64,000 bases of DNA, from assembly GCF_020745735.1 (NCBI RefSeq), contig NC_083406.1, forward strand, positions 94,899,164-94,963,163, written 5' to 3'. Below the pieces are notes generated by a model. That model made no database searches and was not told where the DNA came from. It saw nothing but the letters and a program-made list of their open reading frames with translations. Source of the stretch: Hemiscyllium ocellatum (taxonomy: Eukaryota). This document shows, piece by piece, positions 11,801-26,800 of this stretch (its first letter is position 1; every line of letters begins with the position of its first letter). The translations under genes were made by a program, and so were the position numbers.

Positions 11801-14800
11801 TAAATGGGACAAAGTTTGAATAGATCAAGCAACCCTCCCAAGATTGGGCATCCTTGAAGCACTGGGGGCCATCAGCAGCAGGAGAATTGTACTTCAGCAC
11901 AATCTCAACCACATGGCCCGGTAGATCCCCACTCAACCATTACCAGCAAGCCAGGGAATTAACCCTGGGTTCAATGGAGTGTGCAGGAGGGCATGTCAGG
12001 GGCAGCACCAGGCATACCTAAAAATAAGACATCATCCTGGTGAAGCTACCAAACATGCATGCCAAACAGCATAAGCAGCAAGTAATAGACAGAGCTAAGT
12101 GATCCCACTACTAACAGATCAGATCTGAACTCTGCAGTCCTGCGCAATTCATTCAGTTATGAACCGTAAATAAAAAACAAGAGCTACAGATGCTGGAAAT
12201 CAGAAACAAAACACAAATTGCTGGAAAAGCTCAGCAGGTCTGGCAGCATCTGCGGAGAGAAATTAGAGTTAATGTTTCAGGTCCTGAGACCCTTCCTCTG
12301 AGCTTTCTGCTCAGCAATAAATCGCTTAGTGACTCTCAGATTAGGCTCGCCAGGACCAGTCAGCTCCTAACTCAGTACAGACTTGGTTCAAACATGGATG
12401 AAACAGCTAAATTCCAGAGAGGAGGTAAAAGTGACCGTCCTTGACATCATAGCTGCATTCAACCAATTGCGGCATCAAATAGTCCTAGCAAAAAATGGGC
12501 ACCTGGAAACAAATTTTCTGCTGGTTGGAATCATACTTAGCATCTGGGAAGATGGCTGTGGTTGTTGAAGATCAGTCATCTCAGCCCCAGGACATCAATG
12601 CAAGAGTTCCTCAGGATAGTGTCCTCAGCTCAACCATCTTCAGTTGCTTCATCAATGACACTTTGTCCAGGATAAGGTCACAAGTGGGGACGTTCATTGA
12701 GGATTGCATAAAGTGCTATTTGCAGTTCCTCTGATACTGAAGAAGTCCATGTTCAAATGCAACAAGATCTGGATTGGGGTGACAAGTGCCAAGTAACATT
12801 TGCACCATACAAATGCCAGGCAATGACCATCACCAATAAGAGACAATCTAATCACCACCCTTTGACATTCAAAAGGTGTTACCTCCACTGAAGCCCCAAC
12901 ATCATGGGGGTTACTCTTGAACAGAAACTCAACTGAACTCATCATAAACACAGTAGCTACAAGAGCAGGTCAGAGGTTAGGAATACAGTGGCGAATACTG
13001 GGACGGCACAGTGGCTCAACGGTTGGTGCTGCTGCCTCACAGCGCCAGGGACCCAGGTTTGAATCCAGCCTCGGGCAACTGTTTGCGTGGAGTTTGCACA
13101 TTCTTCCCGTTTCTGCATGGGTTTCCCCCGGGTGCTCTGGTTTCTTCCCACATTCAGGTGAATTGGCCACACGAAATTGCCCATTGTGTTCAGGGATATG
13201 TAGGTTAAGTACATTAGTCAGGAGTTAGTGTAGAGTAATAGGGGAATGGGTCTGGTTGGGATACTCTTTGGAGGGTCGGTGTGGACTTGCTGGGCCGAAG
13301 GAGCTGTTTCCACACTGTAGGGATTCTATGAATTCTATGAGTAACTCACCTCCGGACTTCCCAAAGCCTGTTAACAATCTACAAGGCACAAGGTCAGGAA
13401 TGTAACAGAATACTCCCCACCTGCCTGGCTGGATGCAGCTCCAATAACATTCAAGAAAACCTGACACCATCCAGAATAAAGCAGCCTGCTTGACTGGCAC
13501 CACACAAGTAAGCACCCACTCCCTCCAGCAAAGAAATTCACCAAAGATCCTTAGACAGCAACTTACAAACCCATGACCACATCCACGTAGAAGGATAAGG
13601 GCAGCAAATAAGTTCCCCTCCAAGCCAAACAGCATCTTGACTTGGAAATACATCTCTGTTCCTTCACTGTCACTGGACCAAAATACTGGAATTCACTCTC
13701 TAAGGACGTTGTGGGTCAATTTACAGCACGTGGACTTTAGTGGTTCAAAAGAGCAGTCCATCACCACCTTCTTAGGGATGCACAATAAATACAGGCCAGC
13801 CCACGATCTTTGAGAGAGTTTTAAAAACTCCCATCTCTCCCAATCTAGCCCAATATGCTATTTCCCCTTTCTGTAGTGTGCATTTATCTAGCTTCCTTTG
13901 ATTGTAACAAAGCTGATTGCCTCAAACTACCCTCTCTATTAGTAAGTTGCACATTCTAACTACACTATTGGTAAAGAAGCGCCATCTGAATTCACTGCTG
14001 AAATTATAATATTTCAGTCCCTAGTTTGGATCATTCCTGAAAACAATCATTTCATTTGCATCAGTACATTAATTTGATACCTCACAAAATGTTTCTGATG
14101 GAGACCACTGTATAATGCAAGACCTTTTCTTAAGAAAAAACTTTGAATCAGATAAAATGAATTCTATTCCAAATATTAAGATTCCAAAGCATACTTTTGT
14201 AAAAGTACAAATTTCCACTGTGCATGCTATAAGGTCCTGGTGACTATCTTGAACTGCAGAAAAATGTGCCACAAAATGAAAAACACAAAATATCGATGAA
14301 ACTACTGTGATCTCCTGTGCTCTATTAATTTGTGCATTACTGGATTTTTAAATGGTCTCACAGCAATATATGAGATAATAAATAAATACATTGACAATAC
14401 ACAGAATTATCATGTGTGTTAAATTATGGAACTAGCATTGATGGTTGCAGGCTCCCTCCGCCCTTCTCAAATCGGAGTTCTGAAAATTGTGATAACAGTT
14501 TGGCGAAGTATCAAGGGGAGAGTGACAGGTAGTTCTGGTATAGTGCGTGTTTCAGCAGTGCAATTTGGCTATAATGTCACTGAAGAATTAGGCAACAGTA
14601 TTTTGGCAAGAGCACAATTTTTAAAACAGAGCTTTAAAATTTGCACTATTATGCAAAATCTCATTAAAATTCCATTACTGACAATGTAAGTAAAATGCCT
14701 ACAATAAGCCACAGGTTAATCATGTCATTACAACTCAGTGGATATATTGCACGACTGGAAGTGGACAATTTACTATTTTCAACCTGCTGAAATTCAGGTA

Positions 14801-17800
14801 GACAAAATCAAATTCATGCAGCAGTTAAGATGTTCATTTTTCACAATTATGTTAATTCTTGAATTGGATAGTCTGAATTGGAATTGAACACAATAAATCT
14901 GGTTTTTCGGAGGGGGGGGGGGCGGTTATTATGGCATTAGTTAGACTGCCTCCTAGGCATCTGTGAGCTCACAAAACACCACCCCACATAGTTACAGAAT
15001 GAGATTTGATAATGGGGCAATGAGGGAAACAGGTCGCTTAGGACCTTAACCAACTAGGCCACTAACAAGCGTACCTCCATAGTTATTGAGATTTAAGGGG
15101 GAAAAACACAAAGGACTGAGAGACAGATAACTAAATCTGATGGAACAAAAGTGAAATTAGGCACAAAGAAAAATTGAGAGGCAAAGAAACCACTGAAAGA
15201 CAGCAAGTGAAAATAGGATTCTTTTGATATTATAACGTTTAAAATCTTCTGAAATCTCAAAAGTGATGAAATAAAACTCTCCAGTTGTAATCATTACCAT
15301 TTGATTCCAGAGCACTTGGATTGGCAGCCATTAACACTCATCACATTGTTAAAATTATGCTTATAATGTCAACATGAAGTGGTGGAGGTGGGTACAGTTA
15401 CAACATTTAAAATGCATCTGTTTGGGTACATGAATAGGAAGAGTTTAGAGGGATATGGGCCAAATGCTGGCAAATGGGCCTTCATCAGATTGGGATGGTT
15501 GATGGGCATGGATGAGTTGGACTGAAGGGTCTGTTTCCATGCTGCATGACTCGATGTAGCTTTCTGTGGCAAGTTTAATGAACAAAATGGAGAAATGTTC
15601 TTAACAGGAAGATCAAATACAAGCTGTGATGGTTATAAAGCTCACAGGAGAGGGTTGCAACTCAAAGCAACATTTGATGTTCTGCATGCATTCGCCCACT
15701 TGCTTCTTGTCTGAAGTTGCTGCAGCAATCATCCAGATTGAATTGCAAGTGCTATTTGCCTTTGATCATTCAGAGAACAAATTTGCCCCTCTGCTCTTAA
15801 CCAAGTTGCCATGTGGGACTTTTCATAAAGTGATAAATGATGTTTTGATTTTTCTTTCTGAAGCACAATTGTTTAGCCAAATCGAAGGACATTTTCCAGT
15901 GGAGAATTGTCTGATGTCTATTCTGTTGGTAATGAAAACTAATTGCAAGCTTACATTGTTAGAAATTCCTCTACTTTTTACATGAATACATCAATTCACT
16001 CTTGATGTTTACTCACAGGATTTTAAAATTCATTCATGAGAGGTGGGCATCGCTGGCTGAGCAGGCATTTATTGCCTGTCCCTAGTTGCCATTGAGAAAG
16101 TGCTGATGAACTGCCTTCGTGAACTGCTGCAGGCCACTTGATGTAGGTATACCCACAATGCCATTAGGGAGTGAGTTCCAAGATTTTGACCCAGTAACAC
16201 TGAAAAAACAGCGATATATTTCATAATTAGGATAGTGAGTGACTTGGACAGTAAATTGCAGGTGGTGATGTTCCAATCAGCTGCCCTTGTCATGGGTATG
16301 GATGGTGCTGTTCTAAGGAGCCTCTGTTGTGCATTTTAATAGATGGTACATACTATTGCTACTCAGCATTAGTGGTGGAACCAGTGAGTGTTTGTGGATG
16401 TGGTGCCAAGTAAGAGGGTTGCTTTGTCCTGGAGGTGCTAAGCTTCTTTATTATTGTTGGGCAGTATTTGTCCAGACAAGTGGCAGGATCAGTCTTGGTC
16501 ATCCCTCAATATCTTTGAGAAGCTGATGCAGAACCACTAGGAGAAACTGAGGACTGCAGATGCTGGAGATCAGAGCTGAAAAATGTCTTGCTGGAAAAGC
16601 GCAGCAGGTCAGGCAGCATCCAAGGAGCAGGAAAATCGATGTTTCAGGCATAAGCCCTTCTTCATGAATGAGGAAGGTGCGCCAAGCAGATTAAGATAAA
16701 AGGTAGGCGGAGGGGCGTTGGAAATGCGATAGGTGGAAGGAGGTTAAGGTGAGGGTGATAGGCCGGGGAGGGGCTGGGGGCTGAGAGGTCGGGAAGATGA
16801 TTGCAGGTCAAGAAGGCGGTGCTGAGTCCAAGGGTTGGGACAGGGGGGCGGGGGGAGGGAATGGAGAAATCTGCATTCATCCCTTGTGGTTGGAGGTTCC
16901 TAGGCGGAAGGTGAGGTGCTTTTCCTCCAGGCGTCATGTTGCCGTGGTCTGACGATGGAGGAGGCATGTCCTTGGCGGAGTGGGATGGGGAGTTAAAGTG
17001 TTCAGCCACGGGACGGTTGGGTTGGTTGGTGCGGGTGTCCCAGAGGTGTTCTCTGAAATGTTTGCTTACAAAGTATCATTTCTTGTATTAGAACTATGTC
17101 TCACCTCTAGCCAAGCTACAATACAGTTACAATCATAGAATCTATCCATGAATGTGGAAAATTACCCAGATATGTATCATATACAAAAAACAGGACAAAT
17201 TCAACCCAGCCAATTACCACCCATCAGTCTACTCTCAATTGTCGTTAAAGTGATGGATGATGTCATCAATAATGCTTTCAAGCAGCACCTGCTTAACAAT
17301 AACCTGCTCACTGATACATGGTTTGGATTCTGTTATGGCCATTCAGCTCTTGACTTTCATACAGCCTTGGTTCAAACATGGACAAAAGAGCTGAATTCCA
17401 GAGGTCAGGTGATTGTGACTGCTCTTGACATCAAGCTTGCATTTGACCGAGTGTGGCATCAGGAACACTAGTAAAACGTAAGTCAATGGGAATCAGGGGA
17501 AAAACTCTGCTGGCTGGTGTCCTACCTGGCACAAAGGAACTTCATTAGGTATAGGAGCAGAATTAGGCCATTCGGCTCATCGAGTCTGCTCTGCCATTCG
17601 ATCATGGCTGGTATGCTCCTCACGTCCATTTTCTGCCTTCCTTCCATACCCCTTCAACCCATTACCAAAAGAAAACCTGTCTAACTCCTCCTTAAATTTA
17701 TTCACTGCCCCAGCATCCACCGCACTTTGGGGTGGCGAATTCCACAGATTCATAATCCTCAGAGAAGTAGTTTCTCCTCAATTCTGTTTTCAATTTACAA

Positions 17801-20800
17801 TCCCTTCTCCTAAGACTATGACCTCTTGTCCTCGAATTCCCCACAAGAGGAAGCATCTGCACCACATCTATTTTATCCACATCTTTTATCATCTTGAATA
17901 CCTCAAGTTGATCTCCCCTCATTCTTCTAAAAGAATGGTCATGGTTGTTGGATGTCAGTCATCTCAGCTCCAGGTCAGCATGGCAGGAGACCATCAGGGT
18001 AGTGTCCTAAGCCCAACCATCTTTAGCTACTTCATCAATTACATTCAGGAGGTCAGAAGTGAGGATCTTCACAAACGATTGCACTATGTTCAGTATCATT
18101 TGCAACTCCTCAGATGCTGAAGTGGTCCATATTCAAAATGAAATAATATCTCAACAATATCCAGTTTGGGCTGAAAAGTAGCAAATAATATTAGCCACAT
18201 AAATATTAGACAATGACTACTGCCAGTAAGAGACAACCTAACCATCATTTCTGGATGCTGAATTCCCTACTGTCAACATCTTGGAGGTTATCATTGACCA
18301 GAAACTGAACTGGACTTTACATATAAACAAACAGTGGCTACAAGAGCAGGCGAACTGCTAGAATTTCTGCAGTGAGTAACTCACTGCCTAAATCACCAAC
18401 CGACCATAGTGCACAAGGCATGAGTCAGGATTGTGATGGAATACTCCCCACTTGCCTAGCATCATACGTACAACCATCATATCCTTCTGCCACCAAGCTC
18501 TGTACCACCTATAAGACGCACTGCAGAAATTAATCAAATCTTAGACAGCAGCTTCCCATTACTAGTTCCATTAAGAAGAACAAAGGAATCAGATACGTAG
18601 GAACACAATTTGGAAATATATTACCATTGGTGTTGTTGGGTCGAAATTCCAGAATTTCTTAACAGCATTATGGGTATACCTACAGCACATGGACTGCAAC
18701 AGTTCAAGGAGGCTGCTCACCACCATCATTGTGTCTTCCAAGGAAGAAGAAGGGCTCCTACCCAAAACATCAATTTTCCTGCTCTTCGGATGCTGCCTGA
18801 CCTGCTCTGCTTTTCCAGCACTACACAGTCTTGACTCTGATCTCCAGCATCTGTAGTCCTCATTTTCTCAACCACCACCACTGACCCAGCTAGCAATGCC
18901 CACCACCACCACCAAGTAAACTTTTAAAAATCTAATAGCTAATTGTGTTTCAAGATATTGAGATTGCTGCAATATTCTGGTGATTTGAGACTCTAAATTC
19001 ACTAATATTGCAGAACTAGAACAGAAAATGGAAAAAATATACTTCTCATTCCCTCACTAGCTTTTTTTTTATTATTTGCCATGACAGCTAAATGGATAAA
19101 GTGTGGATGATTTTTCTCCCTCTTTAGTCCAAGGGAACAGAAGCTAATATTTTTAAAAGCACCAGAAGACGACAATGAAAACTGTATAATTAAGACAACA
19201 GAATGAAAAGGACAACATAGTGTTTGCCAAATGCAGCAGGCAGGTTCTATTAATTGAATTCAGTGTTATTCATGAGTTAGCTTAATCTCACTACTATAAT
19301 GAAATATCCTTCCTTTCTGCTTCCTCAATGTCTGATATCCTAGACATCATGTATCTATTGTGAATGCACTATGCAATACTGGCAGTCTCGCTATGATATC
19401 TGAATTTTGCTCAGTAAGTCCTAATTTTAGTGATCTTTTCATTCTGAATACTCTGGGTATGCCCCCAATGAATCTAGATTTGCAGTAAACTTGTATACCG
19501 CTAAACAGGTTATATTTATCATTTGGTGTGGATTGTTAAGCATGCATCTTTAGTACAGTTTAAGATGACAATGGAATGCATACCATATACTTCTTCTATA
19601 TGATATTATGACATTTATACGGCTGCCATACATACCGGAAAGGCTAGACAAATGAATACCAACTCATCCATCACCAGCACAGCTAACTGCTCTCAAATAT
19701 CAGTTCATCTGCTATGGTGGACAAACAATTGATCCTGTTTATAAAATAAATGCACAGAATTTATCACACTTGAGAAAGTTTAGTTTCTTGCCAACTTACT
19801 GCATTTCCTGCATTAATGAAAATGCTTGAATCAGATAGCACAAATACCAAATTCTTGATAGAAATTTCTAACAGGGTTCCACAATAATTTAGTACATTAT
19901 TGCAAAATGCTTATCTTTGAAGTGTGCACTTTCAAAATTATCTCCCTCCAGTGCCGACCATATAAAAGCAAAGCTCATAAACCAATGCTATAACCTTTTT
20001 CATTTATCTGTAAAGTACACAAAAAGTACTGTATTGTCAAAATTAAACAATAACAATACTCAATACTAAAGGATTCAGGAAGAGAAAAAGATACGTTGTA
20101 GATAATCAGTTTCACAGAATAACTTTGTTTTCAATCTCTTTCCCCCACCAGGCACCCTGTGACTATACAACAACAGTAGTGCCAAAAAAGGGATAAGCCA
20201 ACTGTAACAGCATGCTGAGAAAAGAGTGTACCAAAAATCCAGTCAGAAACTGAAAGAGTGTGATCAGCACAGACATCAATACAACAAATCACCTCATTTC
20301 AAATATTTATCGATAGAATTTTTCCAATAATGTGAATTACTTGATTATAACTCAAACAGGAGAGGATTTATGAAGATAGTCAAGACAAAAAGACAATTGC
20401 TGAGCTCACCTACAATATTGTTTGGTAATAGAGTTGCCTAAGGGATTAATTGTCACTTCAGATGTCCACTATTCTCAAGAATGAAAGGTCATTGAAACCT
20501 ATATTCAAGAGGCAGCGTGGAGACTTTTGACACCACACTAAGAAAGACGAGGATGCTAAAACCATTCTAGTTAAAAATGATAGAGAAGATCCAATACTGC
20601 CCAGTCCAAGTATCAAATAAAGCTTTTTAGCACAACTATAACAGCCTAATACGCAACTTGCTGGATATGGCCAACAAATTAGAAGCTTCTACATGTCAGC
20701 AGTGGAATCTATTCTAAAGATTCACAGACTTGAAGGTAGATCCATTTCACTTTAAATTGACCAACCAGAAAATACCTATTAAGAAGCACTGATATTGGAA

Positions 20801-23800
20801 TTATGATATTTCTATTCTAGACTTAAATGATCTATTTATTAAATCTTTTTCTCCCTTCAAGCAGTGGAGATTTAAGATCAGGTTTTTGCTGCTTTCCTGT
20901 TGTCTTGATAAGAAGCCCTTTAATTAAACTATTTGAGGGCACCTTTAATGCAGATATTTTCCATTTTGTAGAATTTACTTGGAAGTAATTAGATATCAAG
21001 GTTATTAACAATTTTATTCAGTTAAATTTATGAAGTGTTGTGAAAAGTGCCAAAAAAGTTTCAAAAAACAAAAGGAAGTTTAAAAAAAACTAAGCATGCC
21101 AGCAATAATCAAATCACATCATATTCTGCACTTTATATTTCTAAATAGTTGACTGATTAAAGTCATTCTTTTGCAATGTACAATTATCTAGCAATCAGGG
21201 GAAAGTGGAATAAAACATTGTGATGCCAATTTGATCCATCTCCTCATTCAAATTACTTAATCTCAACATGCAAAACGTAATGGTATTTTTCAATCTTCGC
21301 ACAATTCACCATTTTATAAAGACACAAAAAAACATACCAGCGATCTACATGCAATGTTGAGAATGTCCTTTGAGCTGCTTCTCGAGTCAAAAGCTTAAAG
21401 CCACACTGTGTATCCTTTATTCCTCTTACACACAGAAACCACACCAAAAAATGGAAACCATACATGAGTAGAGTTCGAAAATAGGAACGCTAGAACAGAA
21501 AAATTATGTTTACAATTGTTAGTTCTGAACATTTGTCAAAGTTGTAAATTTTGTTAGAAATATTAAAGCTGAAATTGCCAGAAGTTCTCCTAGCCAATGG
21601 ATGTGGAGAACTCCCAACCATCAATCCAAACGCACATTGACTCACACTCAGATCCTGGGTTTGAGTGTCATCTACATAAAAAGGGGAATTGAACCTACAT
21701 CATTTACAAACTCCCTGGTCAACCATCCTGTACAAAATATGTCAAAGTGGCTCTTTTCTTCCAATGTTTAATCATTAAAGAACCTGTATCTAAATCTCAA
21801 TTAATCATTCACTTAGTTGACACCCATATTGGCACATTACCGATGGCTGGCAAGACTGCCTTGATGATTAAGCTCTTTAGGTGGTACCAAGATAGAAAAG
21901 ATGTCCATCTCACTTCAACTTCATATCATCTACCATAATTGAAAGGTTTGAAACAAGCAAAGTAAAAGCTTTTTCAAAAGTTTGTTTTTACATAATTTCA
22001 ACTAAAATTCAAATAATTAAAATTAAGCTTAAGCAACTTTGATTTGAAGGAATAAATCATATAATATTCAAGGGTTTTTAAATGTAAAATGTGGCTTTGT
22101 TATAGTTTATATTCTAAAAAATGAACTCTACAAGTGAAATTCTGGAACTCAAATTTATTCTTGAAGTTCGCTAATGACAATTGTCGTAATCATTTGCCAT
22201 GAGCATAAGTCCACAATTTTTCAGCTACACTTACTTTGGCTATTGCTTCCTTTTCCAAATGAGCCCTAGACCCACACGAGATAGCCATGTTATCCTAAAG
22301 AGAGATCAAAGTAAATTTAATTAGCTGGTTTCACAGAGCAGGATTTAAGTTGCTGAATTCAAGCCATATTAGTATCACAAGTAGCTTCAGAATAAACATT
22401 CATGAATTTCCCCGCAATCATGCAGCAGATTAAATTATCTAAAATAGATGAAGTAGCAGACGTATTAAACAATTTGCAGGAATCAATTATGGCAGTCACA
22501 ATTCACAAAGTTAAATGGCTGCAAACAGTTTTAGAAACATTTTTCTTGGAATGCTATCATGAGTGCATAAAAAGCATAGAGTCCAGAATATTGGACAATG
22601 GGCATTAAGATAGGTTTGGAAGACAATGAGTGCGATGCCAGTAATTACAGTTAAAATGCCACTCAAAACAATCACTTAGGATTATAATGCCATTTAAATG
22701 CACACTTGCATGGAAAATGTAAATAACGTTCAAATAATGTTTCTAAAATTTGGCTTTTCAATTACTATAATACAGTTTGCTTCAAGTAACATTTTCTATT
22801 TCCATAGGTCAAACTTTATGCCCCTGTCACAATACTCACAGGCCATGGCTGGAGATCTTTCAAACCAGCTTCTACTTTTTCAATATCAGCAAACTTCGTA
22901 GCTCCATCAGCATCAGCCATTAAGATGTATTTCCCTCGGCATTTCAACACACCCTGGACAGAATTAAACTGTACTGTGATTTCTGTTATATTACTAATTA
23001 AATGAAGCAATAAAATTATAAACTCAAGAATGTCATAGAGAATCTTTTACGGTGGGGTCATCCTTTGATAAGTCTGTAAATTGTATGCAATCATGGTCTG
23101 TTATAACATTTTGTAATTACAATACCAACATGCGAAAAACCAGGTTTTTCTTTAACATATTCATAAAAAAACAAACTGGACATTGCTTCTCTATAACATA
23201 GGATATTTTTTTCATGAATTACATTGTATACTAACATGAAAAAGAATAGGGATATGAATAAGAAGAAGGAAATAATTTTCAAATATTACTTGATTTCAAT
23301 TTCAGATTTCAAAACTCTGGCAACTAGGTGTGAATGTTGCAACATGCTGGTACATTATACACAGCAAATCTTCTGCAAAAGTTTGGCATTAATAAGATGA
23401 TTCACACTCCCTGAAATATAGAAGGTTAGGGGGCATCTAACTGAAGTAAATGATGATTAAAGGTTTTGAGAGGATAAATAGAAAGAAACAATTCTGTCTG
23501 GTTGGAAAGTCCAGAAAAAGAACCCATAGCCTTAAAATTAAAGCCATAGTATCTCACAGGTCAAGCTTTAAGAGGTGTATTTTGTCCTGGTTTTGTTTTT
23601 ATGAAGAAAGGTTGAGACAGAGGTGCTGAGTAGTCTGCTCCAAAGCCAATAAAAAGTTAACAGCTTCAGAGGGTTTGGTTTTTTTTAAAGTGGGAACAAT
23701 AAAAGCAGCCTGAATTGATGGGGTCAAGTTCCCACAGAACCAGGTTTTATTTTAGATTTAGACTTTAGTTGTAGTTGCTGAGGTCTTGAAGCAGGATGTG

Positions 23801-26800
23801 GAAGCTCTAATTCCTCTCTCTGTCGCAACTAGAAGCTGGGGGTTCTCTTCCAGCTACTAGAATTGTACGTCAGAATCTATTTTACTGAATTTGCTTTTGC
23901 TAAGAGTATGATTTTGGAATGTTACTACATTGGAACAGTTAATTAGTTAAAATATCTGCTATTTTAAGTATTTCAATCGTTACAGTAAAGCTTTTTAAAA
24001 TTTTTTCTTTATATTTTAACTGTAGTATAAAAATAAAGTGTATGTTGCCTAACAGCAAGTCGTTAGGCCAATCAAATTGCATCTGGAACATAATGCCTAA
24101 GACTTACCTTTAAAAATGAAAACCTTGAGTCTAGGCTATCTTCTTAATATATTTTGAGGGGGTTCGGTCTGGTCTGTAACAGGCCATTGGGACATCATTC
24201 AGGAAGCATACAAAGAGTAATAGAAATTTAAAAATCTCTCTCCCTAAAAGCAGTTTCAACTAGGTGTCAACTGAATAGTACAAAATATGGATTGATAAAT
24301 TTTTGACAGGTAAAGATATTTAGGGATTTGGAATCAAGGGGGGGGTAAACTGAGTTAAAGTACAGAGCAGCTATAATCCAACTGAATTTTGGATCAGAGT
24401 AATGAAACTAAATGCCTGTCTTTAGTTTTATGCTTCTATCCAAGTTATCAAAACAAAATTAGAAAACTGAAGTTAACTGTATCTCTACTGGAAAAGACAG
24501 ATTCTATCTTGAGGTTTTACACTATTCACTGTATTAAACATATACAACTAGAACTATTAACTATCATGAACAAACTGCTGTTGAGAGTGTTTGATGAATG
24601 CATACTACCTGTATGCTTATGTTGTAATAATGACTACAATTCAAAATTAATTTGCTGGAAAGTACTTTGAGATAGCCAGTGAAAAGTGCTACATAAATGC
24701 AAGTTTTCTTTCTATTTAAATTTTGGTCATCAAAAGGTCTGGTTAAACAAATTTTGGCCTAAAACTTACCATTTTAACAGCTCCACCTTTCCCACGATTT
24801 TTAACAAATGTTAATACACGGACTTTATCAGATCCATATGCCTTGGAATAATTCAGCGCAACCTAAATAGATAGATTTGGGCATTGTATGTTAGAAAAAA
24901 ATTAATATAAAATTCAGCTTCCCTGCAAAAAAAACAATTTGAGAATTCAGCCACCTGGTGAAACTTTCACATCAACTTCAATAAAATCCTGCATTGCAAG
25001 AGATTTAGACTGGCCCATAGAAACCAAAGTCACCACGATGTACAACAATTCTTAATTTCACAGTGGATAGAACTTGATTGACAAACAATTTAAATTTAAT
25101 CCAGCCCGAAGCAATATAAATTCATTGTTAATGATTTTACAGAAAGGACAAGTTGTATAGTCTCTCCAATAATTGTTATTTATTTCACACAGCTGCTATG
25201 TTAGAATTTGGGTTCTAATTATTAATGTTTCATGTCTCATTTTTAATTATTAAACTCTCAAGTAAAAGAGTATCACGTATTAAAGATTGGTTTGCTTTCA
25301 ACTCATCAGATTATGCACATGCACTGAAATAGTCAGCAAATTTTTCTCAATAGTTAATCACACATTATTCTCTCTTTCAAAAAGTGAACTGCCTATTTCC
25401 TAATCATACAAAGAACCCGAGTCTACCATTCAGTCTGCTGAGCCTGCTCCACCAAAGTGGAGGTTAAGACAACTGTAACTGCAATTCCACATGCTTATCT
25501 ATCCCTAATTTTCAAAATCTTACTTCTAACTGTGTAATAAAAAAAATTTCAAACACTTACTTTCACCACCTTTTTAGGAAGTTCCAAAGATTCATGACTT
25601 CCAGAAAAACATTCATCCATCTTTTTTTAAGTGGATAAGTCCTAAATCTTCAACAGTAACACCCAATTCTAGATTGTCCCATAAAAGGAAACAACCTATT
25701 CATATCTACCCTGTCAAGACTTTCTCACAACCTTATATGTTTCAATCAAGTCACCTCTTAGACTTCTAACCCCCAGTAGAATACAAGCATAGTCTGAACA
25801 ACCTTTCCTCATTAGATGACCCAGTCATTACAGGTTTTCGTTTGGTAAACCTTCTTTGGATTGCTTCTGATGCAAAACATAAAAGAAGTTGACAGAGTTG
25901 TGAAACGTTTCTTTAAAAACATACTTTGGCTTTGACAGAAATTAATAAAATGGGAGATGAGTAAATACATGCCCTCATGATGTTTTTGTGACATATGGTT
26001 TTAAGTCCATTTCTAATTTTGTTTCCCCCTCACTTGGTACTTGCTTAAAAGCTGTTCACCTTCAGATTGATCACCTGTAATCAAAGCTGGAAAAGTTTAC
26101 TCTGCTTCCCCTCTCCATAGATACTCTCCACCTTATTGTGCATTTTTGGCATTCTCCTTTTATTTTAGTTTAAATACAAACTGGCTTGGGGTAATTTAAG
26201 GCATTGACAGGCTTTGTGGCACAGTGGTATTGTCCTTATCTCTGGGCCAGAACATCCAGGGTTAAGTTCCACTTGTCCTGGAGATAAACTTTTACATGTT
26301 CAAATTGGCTGACTAAAAGATTTATTTCAATTTAGGATTGCCAATCGGTGCTTCTGCAAATCCCCATATACCAATTTTCCTCCGAACTATGGATCGCCAT
26401 CTTTCTTAATTCCTTCAGTTATTTATTCCATCAAAATATCTAAAATACAAATAGCCATTTAATTGCAAATTAACAATGAACAAATGAAACAACCCACATT
26501 GGCATTGCAGTCACTGTAGGCAGTTTCAGCATTAAAATGTAATACATTCATACTATTTTCAAATTATAAATAAATGCTTTTAATTTCAGTGAATTCCAAC
26601 TTTTGGCCGATCTTCAGCATAAATGCATTTTTGCTGTACGATAAGTTCAGAACACAACCTACGTAAAAAATCTGTTATGAACTAAACATCAAATCGAGAA
26701 GGGGTCATCTAACTATTTTTTTAAAAAGCCAAATATTATTGTGGGTGAAATTAATAGGAAGAAACATTTTACACAAGGTTCCTTTCTGGCAATGCTTTAT

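Noticed and set aside
20125-20800. Strong plus-strand acceptor (tctctttcccccaccag) and A-rich unique sequence in ALG5 intron 8
   Set aside because: All three frames close quickly and no donor or homology is recognisable; an antisense exon cannot be supported.
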